From: an uncultured Clostridia bacterium
Lineage (GTDB): Bacteria; Bacillota; Clostridia; Oscillospirales; Ruminococcaceae
Direction: 5' to 3'
DNA: 64,000 bases
Assembly (NCBI GenBank): GCA_945876435.1
Contig: CAMCOD010000001.1
Location: forward strand, 19,372-83,371
Shown here: piece after piece, positions 1 through 9,574 of the stretch
Layout of the letters: each line of letters starts with the position of its first letter
Position numbering within the stretch: the first letter of the stretch is position 1
Position numbers and translations under genes: made by a program
The notes under the pieces: generated by a model
Told to the model about the DNA's origin: nothing
The model's database searches: none
Seen by the model: only the letters and a program-made list of their open reading frames with translations

Positions 1-730
1 AGCCGGAAAAGTCATAGTAGAGCTGAATGGAGAACATGATCACGCCAAACCATGCGCCGGCAACAGACAGCTTTGCCAAGTCGCCGTCTAAGTAATGGCT
101 CACCATCTTCCCTGCCACATTGGCTACCATAACTTTTTTGGCCAATCCAATACAGAATTTGGTGATGCCCTCGCTGAAATCCTTCGCTGTGGTATGACGA
201 TCCTCAATTTCCTTGGCCACATCGCTGTATCGCACAATGGGACCGGCCACAAGCTGATGGTAGCTGGAAACATACATCAGGAATTTGCTGAAGCTCCGCT
301 GCGCCCTTACGCCCCCCCGGTAAACATCCAGCGTGTACGAGATGGTTTGGAAGGTGTAGAAGGAAATACCAATGGGCAGAGCGAAACTGGGCACCGCAAA
401 ACCGGTGCCTAAGAGTGCATTGACATTTTCTACAATAAAACCGCTGTACTTAAAGGTGCCCAACAGCCCCAGATTCAGAATCAACGACGATGCCACCGCC
501 GCTTTGGCCTGCCACTGGCCCCGGTGTCCTTCAATGATACGGCCATGACAATAGTCGATTACAGCGGAAAACAGCAGCAGCGTGATCCAGATTGGTTCTC
601 CCCAGGCATAGAAAAACAGAGAAAAAGCAATCAGAACCGCATTCCGGAACCCTTTCTTCTTAGTGGAAAAATAAAGAAGCAGATTCAGCGGCAGAAATAT
701 GTAAATAAAGATCAGATTGGCAAAAACCAT
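1..730 (-). CDS. MBOAT family O-acyltransferase (AlgI/DltB-like), 3' end runs off the window
   Basis: Not in the ORF track. Manual minus-strand translation from ATG at 730 (RBS AAGGAGG upstream): MVFANLIFIYIFLPL...PIGISFYTFQTISYTLDVYRG...HQLVAGPIVRY...GLAKKVMVAN...IQLYYDFSG, all typical AlgI-family motifs. Confidence 0.9.
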   Translation of the reverse strand, partial: MVFANLIFIYIFLPLNLLLYFSTKKKGFRNAVLIAFSLFFYAWGEPIWITLLLFSAVIDYCHGRIIEGHRGQWQAKAAVASSLILNLGLLGTFKYSGFIVENVNALLGTGFAVPSFALPIGISFYTFQTISYTLDVYRGGVRAQRSFSKFLMYVSSYHQLVAGPIVRYSDVAKEIEDRHTTAKDFSEGITKFCIGLAKKVMVANVAGKMVSHYLDGDLAKLSVAGAWFGVIMFSIQLYYDFSG

Positions 731-959
731 CTTCGCGCCCTCCTTGCTGGAATGATCCTCTCCTACTCTTTTCGGGAAAAAGACAGCGGTGTTGCAGCTG
801 TTTTCCGGAAAATCCGCGTCTTCCCATACTTTTGTATTATAACACAAAGCTATGAAGAAAAAAGGACTTTCCAATAATTTTATCAACAAACAATCCTTAA
901 CTTTCCCCGATTTTTTGTGAATATCCCCGGTCTATCCGCACATCCTGTTAGTGAGGTGA

Positions 960-1199
960 TTGATCATGAAACACAAAATGAAAATTTCTCCTCAAACCCC
1001 TCCGGTCACGCAGGATTATCCCCGGCCGGCCGATACCTCCGATATCCCAAAGGATATCCGGGATAATCTGCACATCTCTCCGGAAAAACGGATCTGTCCC
1101 GCTTTTGACTATCTGTCTATCGCTTCCTACCGGGTAGCGTCACCGGATACGATGGGCGTCCGTGTGGTGGACAACATCGTGCATGAGCATATCATGTAG
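960..1199 (+). CDS. small hypothetical protein (77-79 aa), possibly forespore-expressed
   Basis: RBS GAGGTGAT just before TTG960/ATG966; ORF fills an intergenic gap; no recognisable family. Confidence 0.6.
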   Translation: MIMKHKMKISPQTPPVTQDYPRPADTSDIPKDIRDNLHISPEKRICPAFDYLSIASYRVASPDTMGVRVVDNIVHEHIM

Positions 1200-1255
1200 A
1201 TCCCATAAGAAAACAGGCGGGGTTTCGGGCGGTGTTCGTAAAACAGTAAAACAGG

Positions 1256-1439
1256 AAAGGCGTGACCGCGAAAGTCACGCCTTTTCATTATGGGTACAGC
1301 TGCTTTCGCAGAACAAGGGGTGCAGCCCCTTGTTCGGAACGAAGTGACGCAAAACAGCCCGGACATTCAAATGTCCGGGCTGTTCGCCTCGCAGAGCGCA
1401 CTTCTATACAGAGCTTGCCTCTGTATAGAAGTGCGCTCT
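1256..1439. repeat. array of four perfect inverted repeats (11, 10, 14 and 21 bp stems); the last ends in a MOBQ nic-like motif
   Basis: AAAGGCGTGAC/GTCACGCCTTT 1256-1284; GAACAAGGGG/CCCCTTGTTC 1311-1335; AACAGCCCGGACAT/ATGTCCGGGCTGTT 1353-1384; AGAGCGCACTTCTATACAGAG/CTCTGTATAGAAGTGCGCTCT 1393-1439. Confidence 0.85.
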
Positions 1440-1514
1440 TTATCAGTTCAACAAATTGGAAGTTGTCAATGTCTAAGTGTCAATTTTCTGTTTGCAAATT
1501 CGCGAGCGGTTTTG

Positions 1515-2072
1515 TCATGTCGTTTGGTCTTTCTGGCCGCGATCCAGATAGAAATAAATATCTGCATTGCCCTCTTGTTTCGTGCCTTTATACACATTGG
1601 TATTCAGCCCGCCAATGACAAAGCCGCACTTGATATAAAACAGGCACGCCGCAAGATTGTTGTCTTGGCCCTGCGTATATAGTCCGTTATAACCGTGTTC
1701 CACAGCAATTTCTTTTGACTTCTCAATCAACAATTCACCAATATGCTGCCCACGATATTCCTTATTGACCTTCAAATCATAAAGATACATATATTTGTTC
1801 CAGCTATGACAAAGAATGGCAAGTCCGATGCATTTGCCGCCGTCGTAAGCACCGACAAAAATATGGTTCTCGGCAAGTTCGTCATAATTGTAGTTTTCGT
1901 CTGGAAAGCACATTTCTGCGACCGTGTCGAGTTTCTCGGTCGTATAGGCCCACTTACCATCTGCGTAAGTCGGAATCATTCGTCCGAACAGAGCGAACGG
2001 CTCGTTGGGAATGTTAATGTCTGCTTCGTGGGATTTGTCTATTGTTTTGATTATGATTCTTTGATTCAACAT
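1515..2072 (-). CDS. GNAT acetyltransferase, SatA/Sat4 (streptothricin acetyltransferase)-like
   Basis: 185 aa; motifs NIPNEPF, WNKYMYLYDLKVNKEYRGQHIG and QDNNLAACLFY..CGF.IGG resemble SatA/Sat4 as recalled (QDNNLIACKFY..CGF.IG); RBS GAGGTGA. Confidence 0.75.
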   Translation of the reverse strand: MLNQRIIIKTIDKSHEADINIPNEPFALFGRMIPTYADGKWAYTTEKLDTVAEMCFPDENYNYDELAENHIFVGAYDGGKCIGLAILCHSWNKYMYLYDLKVNKEYRGQHIGELLIEKSKEIAVEHGYNGLYTQGQDNNLAACLFYIKCGFVIGGLNTNVYKGTKQEGNADIYFYLDRGQKDQTT

Positions 2073-2110
2073 AAATCACCTCGTCAAATTCCAGTTTATC
2101 GGCCTGTTTA

Positions 2111-2139
2111 ATCATATCATACGGCTACAATATATGCAA
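2111..2139 (-). promoter_or_regulatory. sigma-A-type promoter of the sat-like gene
   Basis: Minus strand TTGCAT(2139-2134)-17 bp-TATGAT(2116-2111). Confidence 0.6.
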
Positions 2140-2143
2140 GAAT

Positions 2144-2171
2144 AGTCCCGGCAGACATTACTGCCGGGACT
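2144..2171 (-). terminator. intrinsic terminator-like hairpin after dnaG-rpoD-rrf2
   Basis: 11-bp stem AGTCCCGGCAG/CTGCCGGGACT, 6-nt loop. Confidence 0.6.
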
Positions 2172-2231
2172 GAAACTGTTTTATGACCACCGCACCTTCC
2201 CCGCCTGTTTTCTTATCCTATGTTCCACAAC

Positions 2232-2627
2232 TTACATAAATTCCGAAAATTTATGAGATTCCAGCCTTGCCTGCACATCTTTGGAAATATCCCGGAACAC
2301 TCTCTGGAACCGGCAGGGCGCTCCTGTTTTGCAGCCGCACTCATATTCCCCGGACAGACAGCGGGAAAGCTGGTATTCGCCCTCCACGGTGCGGATCACA
2401 TCATATAAAGAGATTTCCTCCAACGGCCGGCCGATCTCATAGCCTCCCTGTGTACCTTTAAAGGATTTCACAATACCGGCGGCAACCAGCTTCCGTAAGA
2501 TTTTCAGGGAGAAACGCAGGGTTACGTCAGACGCTTCGGCGATTGATTTTGCATCCATTCGCTTTCCTGCCTTTGCCAGACAGTACACGATCCGGATCGC
2601 ATAGTCTGTTTCCATTGTAAAGCGCAT
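2232..2627 (-). CDS. Rrf2 family transcriptional regulator (Cys-containing, IscR/NsrR-like)
   Basis: TDYAIRIVYCLA, KILRKLVAAGIVKSFKGTQGGY, C-terminal C..C.C....C cluster. Confidence 0.9.
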   Translation of the reverse strand: MRFTMETDYAIRIVYCLAKAGKRMDAKSIAEASDVTLRFSLKILRKLVAAGIVKSFKGTQGGYEIGRPLEEISLYDVIRTVEGEYQLSRCLSGEYECGCKTGAPCRFQRVFRDISKDVQARLESHKFSEFM

Positions 2628-2650
2628 ACTCTCACCTCACCAAGATCAAT

Positions 2651-3742
2651 TTAATCAAGGAAATCCTTCAGGCGCTTGCTGCGGCTTGGATGGCGCAGTT
2701 TACGGAGAGCCTTGGCCTCGATCTGACGGATGCGTTCACGGGTAACGTTGAATTCCTTGCCCACTTCCTCCAGCGTACGGTTTCTTCCGTCTACCAGTCC
2801 GAAGCGCAGCTCCAGAACCTTCTTTTCTCTTGGAGTCAGCGTAGACAGAACATCCTCCAGTTCCTCCCGCAGAAGGGTATGAGAAGCCGCGTCAGCCGGA
2901 GCCGGCGCGTCATCATCGGGAATAAAGTCGCCCAGATGGCTGTCCTCCTCCTCACCGATCGGTGTTTCCAGAGAAACCGGCTCCTGAGCTACCCGCATAA
3001 TCTCACGAACCTTATCCAAAGGCATATCCAGTTCCGCGGCAATCTCTTCCGCCGTTGGATCGTGTCCGTTTTTATGGAGAAGCTGGCTGGATACCTTTTT
3101 CACCTTGTTGATCGTCTCCACCATGTGAACCGGGATACGGATCGTTCTTGCCTGGTCGGCAATGGCGCGTGTAATCGCCTGACGGATCCACCAGGTAGCG
3201 TAGGTGGAAAACTTAAACCCTTTGGTATGGTCAAATTTCTCAACCGCTTTGATCAGACCCAGATTACCCTCCTGAATCAAATCCAAAAACTGCATTCCAC
3301 GGCCTACATAACGCTTAGCAATGGAAACCACCAAACGCAGGTTGGCTTCCGACAGACGCTTTTTGGCATAAGGATCGCCCTCCGCCATCCGTTCAGCCAG
3401 CTCAACCTCTTCCTCCGGAGTCAGCAGAGGAACACGGCCGATCTCTTTCAAATACACCTTCACCGGGTCGTCAATATTGATGCCATCCACAGACAGCAAC
3501 GCCTCATCATCTTCCAAAGAGTCCGCGCCTTTTTTCTCCAGCTCACTGAGATCCAGATCATCCACAATGTCAATATTCAGACTCTCCAGTGTATCGTACA
3601 GCTTGTCCACTTTCTCCACATCAAAATCCAACTGCTCCAAGGCATCGTTTATTTCCTGGGCAGTCAGCTTTCCGTTGGCTTTACCGGACTCAATCAGCTC
3701 ACAAATAACTGTTTTTTTGTCCTTATTATTTGCATTTGCCAT
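2651..3742 (-). CDS. rpoD: RNA polymerase primary sigma factor SigA/RpoD
   Basis: [78 protein letters not shown]; directly downstream of dnaG. Confidence 0.98.
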   Translation of the reverse strand: MANANNKDKKTVICELIESGKANGKLTAQEINDALEQLDFDVEKVDKLYDTLESLNIDIVDDLDLSELEKKGADSLEDDEALLSVDGINIDDPVKVYLKEIGRVPLLTPEEEVELAERMAEGDPYAKKRLSEANLRLVVSIAKRYVGRGMQFLDLIQEGNLGLIKAVEKFDHTKGFKFSTYATWWIRQAITRAIADQARTIRIPVHMVETINKVKKVSSQLLHKNGHDPTAEEIAAELDMPLDKVREIMRVAQEPVSLETPIGEEEDSHLGDFIPDDDAPAPADAASHTLLREELEDVLSTLTPREKKVLELRFGLVDGRNRTLEEVGKEFNVTRERIRQIEAKALRKLRHPSRSKRLKDFLD

Positions 3743-3752
3743 AATATTCCCC

Positions 3753-5510
3753 CTATTTCTTCTTTGCGGTTAAGGAATCCACATAATGCTTAAACTCATC
3801 GGGATCCATTTTTGCAATATCCTGCTCCGATTTCGCGTTGTTGTGCTCCTTGAGAATGGCCATGTACTCATCCAATTGGGAGCGTTCCGCTCGTTGAATG
3901 GTTTCGGAAGCCAAAATCGCCGATAAACGATCCATGGCTTCCCCGGACAGCTCTCCGGAAAGGGCCATAGGCTCCACCGAGCGATGGGTCTGGATCCGTT
4001 CACAGAGCAAAACGGCAATCTCCCGGTTTATTTCCGTAACAAAGTCTTCCGGCTTCATATTTTGCAGAAAATACGGAACATAATCCGGATTTTTGATCAA
4101 AATCTCAATGATCCGTTCCTCTGCCACAGCGTATTTCAGATTGCGCCTGCGGTCCAGATCCTTCCGTCCCGCCGCAATATCCCCGATATAAATGCTGGTG
4201 TCATTTTTTTCTTTTTTGGCCTGCACCCGCTTGCGCCCCTGCTGAATGGAGGTGATCTGCGCTGTAATGGCCGCTGGCGACACACCCAATTCCTCAGCGG
4301 TTCTGGTCAAATAAACTTCCCTTTCCAACGGATTGCGGATATCAGCCATAAGACGGGCAAAATCCTTGAGAAAGCCGACCTTTCCGTCCGCGGTTTCCGT
4401 ATCATATTTCTTTCGAAGCTTCGTGATTTCAAACTCCAGCGCGTTGGTGCAGCCCTCCAGCAGAAGCTGAAAACGTTCCGGACCGAATTTTTTTAAATAT
4501 TCGTCCGGGTCCTTCGCGTCCGGGATGGTCAGCACGTTGACCTTGACTCCAACCTCGGAAAAAATATTGATCGCCCGTTTTGTCGCGGCTTGTCCGGCAT
4601 TATCCGAGTCATAAGCAATGATAATGGTATCGGTGTATTGGGCAATGATGCGGGCCTGTTCTTCGGTCAGAGAGGTGCCCAGTGTAGCCACCGCGTTATC
4701 AAAACCCGCCTGATGGATGGCGATCACATCCATATACCCCTCCGCCAGAATCAGGTTTGGCGCCTTGGAGGCTTTGGCAAAGTTAAGCGCGAACAAATTC
4801 TTGCTTTTTTTGAAAACCGGCGTATCCGAGGAGTTCAGGTATTTCGGCCCCCGATCGCCCATGGCCCGTCCGCCGAAAGCCACAACATTCCCTCTCAAAT
4901 CAATGATGGGGAAAATGACTCTGCCGCGAAAGCGGTCGTACAGCCCGCCGTTTTTGCTCCGCGCACAAATTCCCGAAGCGACCATTTCTTCTTCCCGGAA
5001 ACCTTTTCCCTTTAAATGATCCACCAGGCTGTTCCAGTCATCCGGTGCGTAACCCAAGCCAAAGCGCCGGATGATCTTTGGTGTTCGTCCTCGCTCAATG
5101 AGATAACGGTAAGCATCCTTTCCCGGCTCTGAAATCAGACATTGATGATAGAAACGGGCTGTTTCCCGATTGATCTCCAGCGTTCTGGCCTTCAGCCTGG
5201 CTCCGCTGTTGTCCATGGAATCTTCCGGAACAGGAATTCCGGCTTTCTGGGCCAGCAGCTTGACCGCCTCCACATACTCCAGATTCTCAATACGCCGCAG
5301 AAAGGTGATGGTATCTCCTCCTGCGCCGCAGCCAAAGCAGTAAAAAGACTGGGTTTGGGGATAAACAAAAAAAGAGCCTGTCTTCTCCGAATGGAACGGA
5401 CACAGCCCCACCAAATTTTTTCCCTTCCGGGTCAGCTTTACATAAGCCGAAACAACATCTTCAATGTCACAGCTTGCTTTCAGCTCTTGAATAAAGGAAT
5501 CCGGGATCAT
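3753..5510 (-). CDS. dnaG: DNA primase
   Basis: Zn ribbon CPFHSEKT...CFGC, KYLNS, TOPRIM EGYMDVI and AYDSDNAG. Confidence 0.98.
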   Translation of the reverse strand: MIPDSFIQELKASCDIEDVVSAYVKLTRKGKNLVGLCPFHSEKTGSFFVYPQTQSFYCFGCGAGGDTITFLRRIENLEYVEAVKLLAQKAGIPVPEDSMDNSGARLKARTLEINRETARFYHQCLISEPGKDAYRYLIERGRTPKIIRRFGLGYAPDDWNSLVDHLKGKGFREEEMVASGICARSKNGGLYDRFRGRVIFPIIDLRGNVVAFGGRAMGDRGPKYLNSSDTPVFKKSKNLFALNFAKASKAPNLILAEGYMDVIAIHQAGFDNAVATLGTSLTEEQARIIAQYTDTIIIAYDSDNAGQAATKRAINIFSEVGVKVNVLTIPDAKDPDEYLKKFGPERFQLLLEGCTNALEFEITKLRKKYDTETADGKVGFLKDFARLMADIRNPLEREVYLTRTAEELGVSPAAITAQITSIQQGRKRVQAKKEKNDTSIYIGDIAAGRKDLDRRRNLKYAVAEERIIEILIKNPDYVPYFLQNMKPEDFVTEINREIAVLLCERIQTHRSVEPMALSGELSGEAMDRLSAILASETIQRAERSQLDEYMAILKEHNNAKSEQDIAKMDPDEFKHYVDSLTAKKK

Positions 5511-5742
5511 TGTGTCCTCCTTTCTGACCTATCCTGTCATATCAGTGTGCAGTTATCGTCAAATTATGCTTCATCTGTCAAAAAACATGCTCTTTTCGAG
5601 CAATCTGGAAAAATTATCATTCTGTTCGATAGTTTCCCTATAATAATTATACCGAACAAAAGAAAAAACTCCTGCTTATTTGCAGAAGTTTTTTTCTTTT
5701 TTTCGATTGTTGACCTGTTTTTTGCGAAAACAGCCCACAGCC

Positions 5743-6366
5743 TTACAGAGGAAATTCTCCCATGCAGCGTTCCACTTCCTCCGGAACCACGGTCGCCGCC
5801 GTCAGTTCGGTCAGTTCCGCCCGGAAAGCTTCCACATCCCGTTCAATAAACAAAATGCCCATGGTGACCATATCCGTAAATTCCGTATTCTGAAGAACCG
5901 CTGTATATTTCGACAGAATGTTGTTGATTTTCCCGTACTGATTATAATCCATTTTAAGCCGCAGCAGCACCGCCGGGCTCATCACTTTCCGCTGAGCCGC
6001 GTCAACCGCCAGCTTCGCTGCATGGGCATAGGCCCGAACCAAGCCCCCGGCACCCAGCAGAATGCCGCCGAAATAACGTGTCACCACCACGATCACGTCC
6101 GTGATCCCTTCTCGTTCCACAACCTCCAGAATTGGTACGCCGGCAGTCCCCTGCGGCTCGCCATCGTCAGAACAGCGCTTTACCCCGTTCTTGAGAACAT
6201 AAGCAAAGCAGTTATGGCGGGCATCTCTGTGCTTTGCCCGCACTTCGCTTAAAAAGGCCAGGGCCTCTTCCTCCGTGGAAGCCGGCGCAATAGCGCCAAT
6301 AAACTGGGATTTTCGCTCAAAAAAATCGTCTTGAGCTTTTTGAGCAACGGTGACATATTCTTTCAT
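5743..6366 (-). CDS. yigZ: YigZ/IMPACT family protein
   Basis: KSQFIG, HNCFAY, SDDGEPQGTAG.PIL, VVTRYFGGILLGAGGLVRAY. Confidence 0.93.
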   Translation of the reverse strand: MKEYVTVAQKAQDDFFERKSQFIGAIAPASTEEEALAFLSEVRAKHRDARHNCFAYVLKNGVKRCSDDGEPQGTAGVPILEVVEREGITDVIVVVTRYFGGILLGAGGLVRAYAHAAKLAVDAAQRKVMSPAVLLRLKMDYNQYGKINNILSKYTAVLQNTEFTDMVTMGILFIERDVEAFRAELTELTAATVVPEEVERCMGEFPL

Positions 6367-6413
6367 GGCGAAACCTCCTGTCTGGAAAACAAATAAAAAA
6401 CCAAATGAAAAGA

Positions 6414-6440
6414 AAGGCGGTGCAGAAACTGCACCGCCTT
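6414..6440 (-). terminator. intrinsic terminator after rpmE
   Basis: 12-bp stem AAGGCGGTGCAG/CTGCACCGCCTT followed on the minus strand by a T-rich tail. Confidence 0.7.
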
Positions 6441-6463
6441 CAATGGCCGGTTCTATACCGCCA

Positions 6464-6667
6464 TTATTTGTCCATGTTGAAACGCTTGTTGAAGCGATCT
6501 ACACGGCCGCCAGAATCAACGAGCTTCTGTCTGCCAGTAAAGAAAGGATGACACTTTGAACAAATTTCAACGCGCAGGTCCTTTTTGGTAGAACGAGTTT
6601 CAAATTCTGCACCACATGCACATTTTACTACTGTTGGCTCATACTTAGGATGGATACCCTGTTTCAT
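6464..6667 (-). CDS. rpmE: 50S ribosomal protein L31 (Zn-binding, C+ type)
   Basis: [35 protein letters not shown]. Confidence 0.97.
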   Translation of the reverse strand: MKQGIHPKYEPTVVKCACGAEFETRSTKKDLRVEICSKCHPFFTGRQKLVDSGGRVDRFNKRFNMDK

Positions 6668-6770
6668 TACGGAGTCACCTCTTTCTGATATACAAAAATA
6701 ACATGGTATATAATATCATAACCTTTTCAAAAAAGCAAGGCAATTTTGAAAAAACGGCAAAATTCCCAGT

Positions 6771-7688
6771 TTATTTGCTGATTCCACCCTTGTTTGGCAG
6801 CCGATCCTCTAATTTCAGTGTAAAACCGTTTCCATGAACCTCATTGACCCGATTAACGATCATAAAAGCATGCGGGTCAATCTCCTTCACCACGTTGGTC
6901 AAATCATGAAGCTGACGGTTGTTGATGACCGACATAACCACCCTCTGCTGCTGCTTCAAATGACCGCTCACCGAATTCAGCAGAGTGGTTCCCCGGTCGA
7001 TCTTGTCCTGGATTGCTTGGCTGATCTCCTCGTATTTTGTACTGATAACCATTACCTGCGTCTGTGTTACACCCAGCATAACTACCTTGTCCAAAACGAT
7101 GGTAGTGGCGATGATAACCACCAGGCTGTAGAACAGGTTCTGGGCATTGGAATATGGAAGTTGTGTGCATACAATAATAAGATCCATGGCGTTCATGCTG
7201 ATTGCCACTGAAATTCCTGTTTTTTTCTGCAAAATAATCGGAGGGATGTCCATACCGCCGGTAGAAGCTCCTACACGGATCACCAGACCTACCCCCAGCC
7301 CAACCAGACCGCCGCCGAAAACAGCCGCAAGCAGAGGATCGCTGTTCAAAGTGGAAATGGCTGGAATAGACTCCAAAATCGCCAAAGCACCCGGATAAAG
7401 GAAGGTGCTCAACAGCGTAGTCGCCGCGAAGCGTTTGCCCAGCACCAAAAAACCAAGAATAAACATGATCACATTTAAAATACCAACACCGACAGACAGC
7501 TTCAGCCCAAACACATGCTCCAGCAGCAAGCCGATACCGGTAGCGCCTCCGCTCATAAAGCCCATTGGCGCAATGAAAAGCATAACGCCCAGCGCCAAAA
7601 TCAGGTTCCCGATAAAAATAATAAACAGAACACCCAGTTCCTTCAGCAGCTTATCCCTGTTTATTTTTAACTTACCCATATTCATCAT
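6771..7688 (-). CDS. YitT family membrane protein (DUF2179)
   Basis: Multi-TM; GGATG, GASTGGMDI, IDPHAF. Start moved to ATG at 7688 (track starts at 7742). Confidence 0.88.
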   Translation of the reverse strand: MMNMGKLKINRDKLLKELGVLFIIFIGNLILALGVMLFIAPMGFMSGGATGIGLLLEHVFGLKLSVGVGILNVIMFILGFLVLGKRFAATTLLSTFLYPGALAILESIPAISTLNSDPLLAAVFGGGLVGLGVGLVIRVGASTGGMDIPPIILQKKTGISVAISMNAMDLIIVCTQLPYSNAQNLFYSLVVIIATTIVLDKVVMLGVTQTQVMVISTKYEEISQAIQDKIDRGTTLLNSVSGHLKQQQRVVMSVINNRQLHDLTNVVKEIDPHAFMIVNRVNEVHGNGFTLKLEDRLPNKGGISK

Positions 7689-7773
7689 CCTATCTTCCCG
7701 CTTCCTGCGGAAAGGCCTTCCTTTCTTCCGAAAATTCCCCAATAATATTCAATCAAGGTCCACAAGACTTTTT

Positions 7774-9300
7774 CTATCTCCTCCAATACTTTCTGTCCAG
7801 AGAGCGGTACTGCAATGCTTCCATCAAATGACGACTCTCGATCTGCAGGCTCCCCTCCAGATCCGCGATGGTGCGGGACACTTTCAGAATTCTGTCGTAG
7901 GCTCTGCCGGAAAGCCCCATCCGGTCAAAAGCTGCCGCCATCCGCTTGGAAGCTTCCTCTGTCAGCGAGCAGAATTCTCTCATCTGCGCCGAGGTCATCC
8001 CGGCATTGCAGGTGGTTTCCGTTCCGCTGAAACGCTGCTCCTGAATGCCTCTTGCCCGACAGATCCGCTCTCGAACCTGAGCGGAGGATTCCTCTTCCGA
8101 TGTGGAAGTCAGGTCGCTGTACTCCAACGGAGCCACCTCCACCTGAATGTCCATGCGATCCAGCAAAGGCCCGGAAACTCTGGCCAAATACTTGTCCACC
8201 GCCTTCTCACTGCAGCGGCAGGCGATTGTGGGATGTCCCAAATATCCGCAAGGGCAGGGATTCATTGCCGCTACAACCATTACATTGCAGGGATAAGTGA
8301 CCCGAGAGCTGGCCCTGGATATGGTTACGGTCCCATCTTCAATGGGCTGGCGGAGAATCTCGATGGCCTGACGGCTGAATTCCGGCAGTTCGTCCAGAAA
8401 CAGGACGCCATTATGAGCCAGAGAGATCTCTCCCGGCATGGGATTGGAGCCTCCGCCTGATAGACCGGCAGGACTTACGGTATGATGAGGCGCCCGGAAC
8501 GGACGCTGTACCTGCAGCGTTCCTTCCTTCTCCAGCAAACCCGCTACCGAGTGGATTTTAGCCGTTTCGATGGTTTCTTTTTCCGTCAGCGGGGGCAGGA
8601 TCGTCGGGATCCGCTTTGCCAGCATGCTTTTTCCAGTACCGGGCGGCCCGATAAGAAGCAGGTTATGACCGCCTGCTGCCGCTACCTCCAGCGCACGCTT
8701 GGCAAGAGCCTGCCCTTTTACATCCCGAAGGTCCACCGGGTAAGTCTGCGCCTGTTCCATCAGCCGTTTGCGCGGCTGAGGCTCCAGTGTTTTTTCACCG
8801 GACAGATGCTGAATCACATCGGTAATATGTTCCGCTCCGTAGACGGTGATTCCGTCCACAACGGCGCCCTCTTCCGCATTGGCTTTGGGCAGAAATATCT
8901 CTTTGATCCCATCTTCCCGTGCCTGCAGAACCATAGGCAGCACGCCGCGCACCGGACGAAGTTCACCGTACAGGGACAATTCCCCCAGGAAAGCTCTTGT
9001 CTCCACAGGCTCCGGCAAGTACCCTCTGCTGCTCATTACTGCCAGCAGGATCGGCATATCGTAAATCGGCCCAGTCTTTTTGACAGCGGCCGGAGCCAAG
9101 TTCAGTACGATCTTGGCCACCGGAAACGGATAGCCGCAAGTGGACATGGCCGCGCGCACTCGGTCTCTGGATTCCTTTACTGCCGCATCCGGCAGCCCGA
9201 CAATCTCAAAACTGGGCATTCCTCTGGACAGGTCGACTTCCACCTGCACCTGATAGGCCTCAATCCCGGTCACACCATAACTTTTGTAGCAGCAATACAA
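7774..9300 (-). CDS. comM: YifB/ComM Mg-chelatase-like AAA+ ATPase
   Basis: IVGLPDAAVKESRDRV, Walker A GPPGTGKS, PFRAPHHT, LAHNGVLFLDELPEF, SGPLLDRMD. Probable TTG start at 9300 after a GGGGGG RBS. Confidence 0.93.
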   Translation of the reverse strand: MYCCYKSYGVTGIEAYQVQVEVDLSRGMPSFEIVGLPDAAVKESRDRVRAAMSTCGYPFPVAKIVLNLAPAAVKKTGPIYDMPILLAVMSSRGYLPEPVETRAFLGELSLYGELRPVRGVLPMVLQAREDGIKEIFLPKANAEEGAVVDGITVYGAEHITDVIQHLSGEKTLEPQPRKRLMEQAQTYPVDLRDVKGQALAKRALEVAAAGGHNLLLIGPPGTGKSMLAKRIPTILPPLTEKETIETAKIHSVAGLLEKEGTLQVQRPFRAPHHTVSPAGLSGGGSNPMPGEISLAHNGVLFLDELPEFSRQAIEILRQPIEDGTVTISRASSRVTYPCNVMVVAAMNPCPCGYLGHPTIACRCSEKAVDKYLARVSGPLLDRMDIQVEVAPLEYSDLTSTSEEESSAQVRERICRARGIQEQRFSGTETTCNAGMTSAQMREFCSLTEEASKRMAAAFDRMGLSGRAYDRILKVSRTIADLEGSLQIESRHLMEALQYRSLDRKYWRR

Positions 9301-9574
9301 CCATATCCCCCCTTCCGCTTTCATCATACGGCTGTTCCCAACAGTATGGCATTGATCGCAGCGCTCTAAGAAATATTATATCTTATCACAGTGTAACATA
9401 TTTCCTTTTTTGCTTCAATTCCTTTTTCGATTGCCGTCCGGAAAAAATAAGGTCAATTCTTTAGAAAAAATTACAAAAAAGTGCTTTATTGCACTGTGTT
9501 TCATGTTATAATAGCAATAATAGGGAGTGTTTTGCCCTGTGAAAACAGACTTTATCATAATGGAGGGTTATACT

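Noticed and set aside
95-877. Plus-strand ORFs 95-412 and 524-877
   Set aside because: They overlap the minus-strand MBOAT gene, which has clear family motifs.
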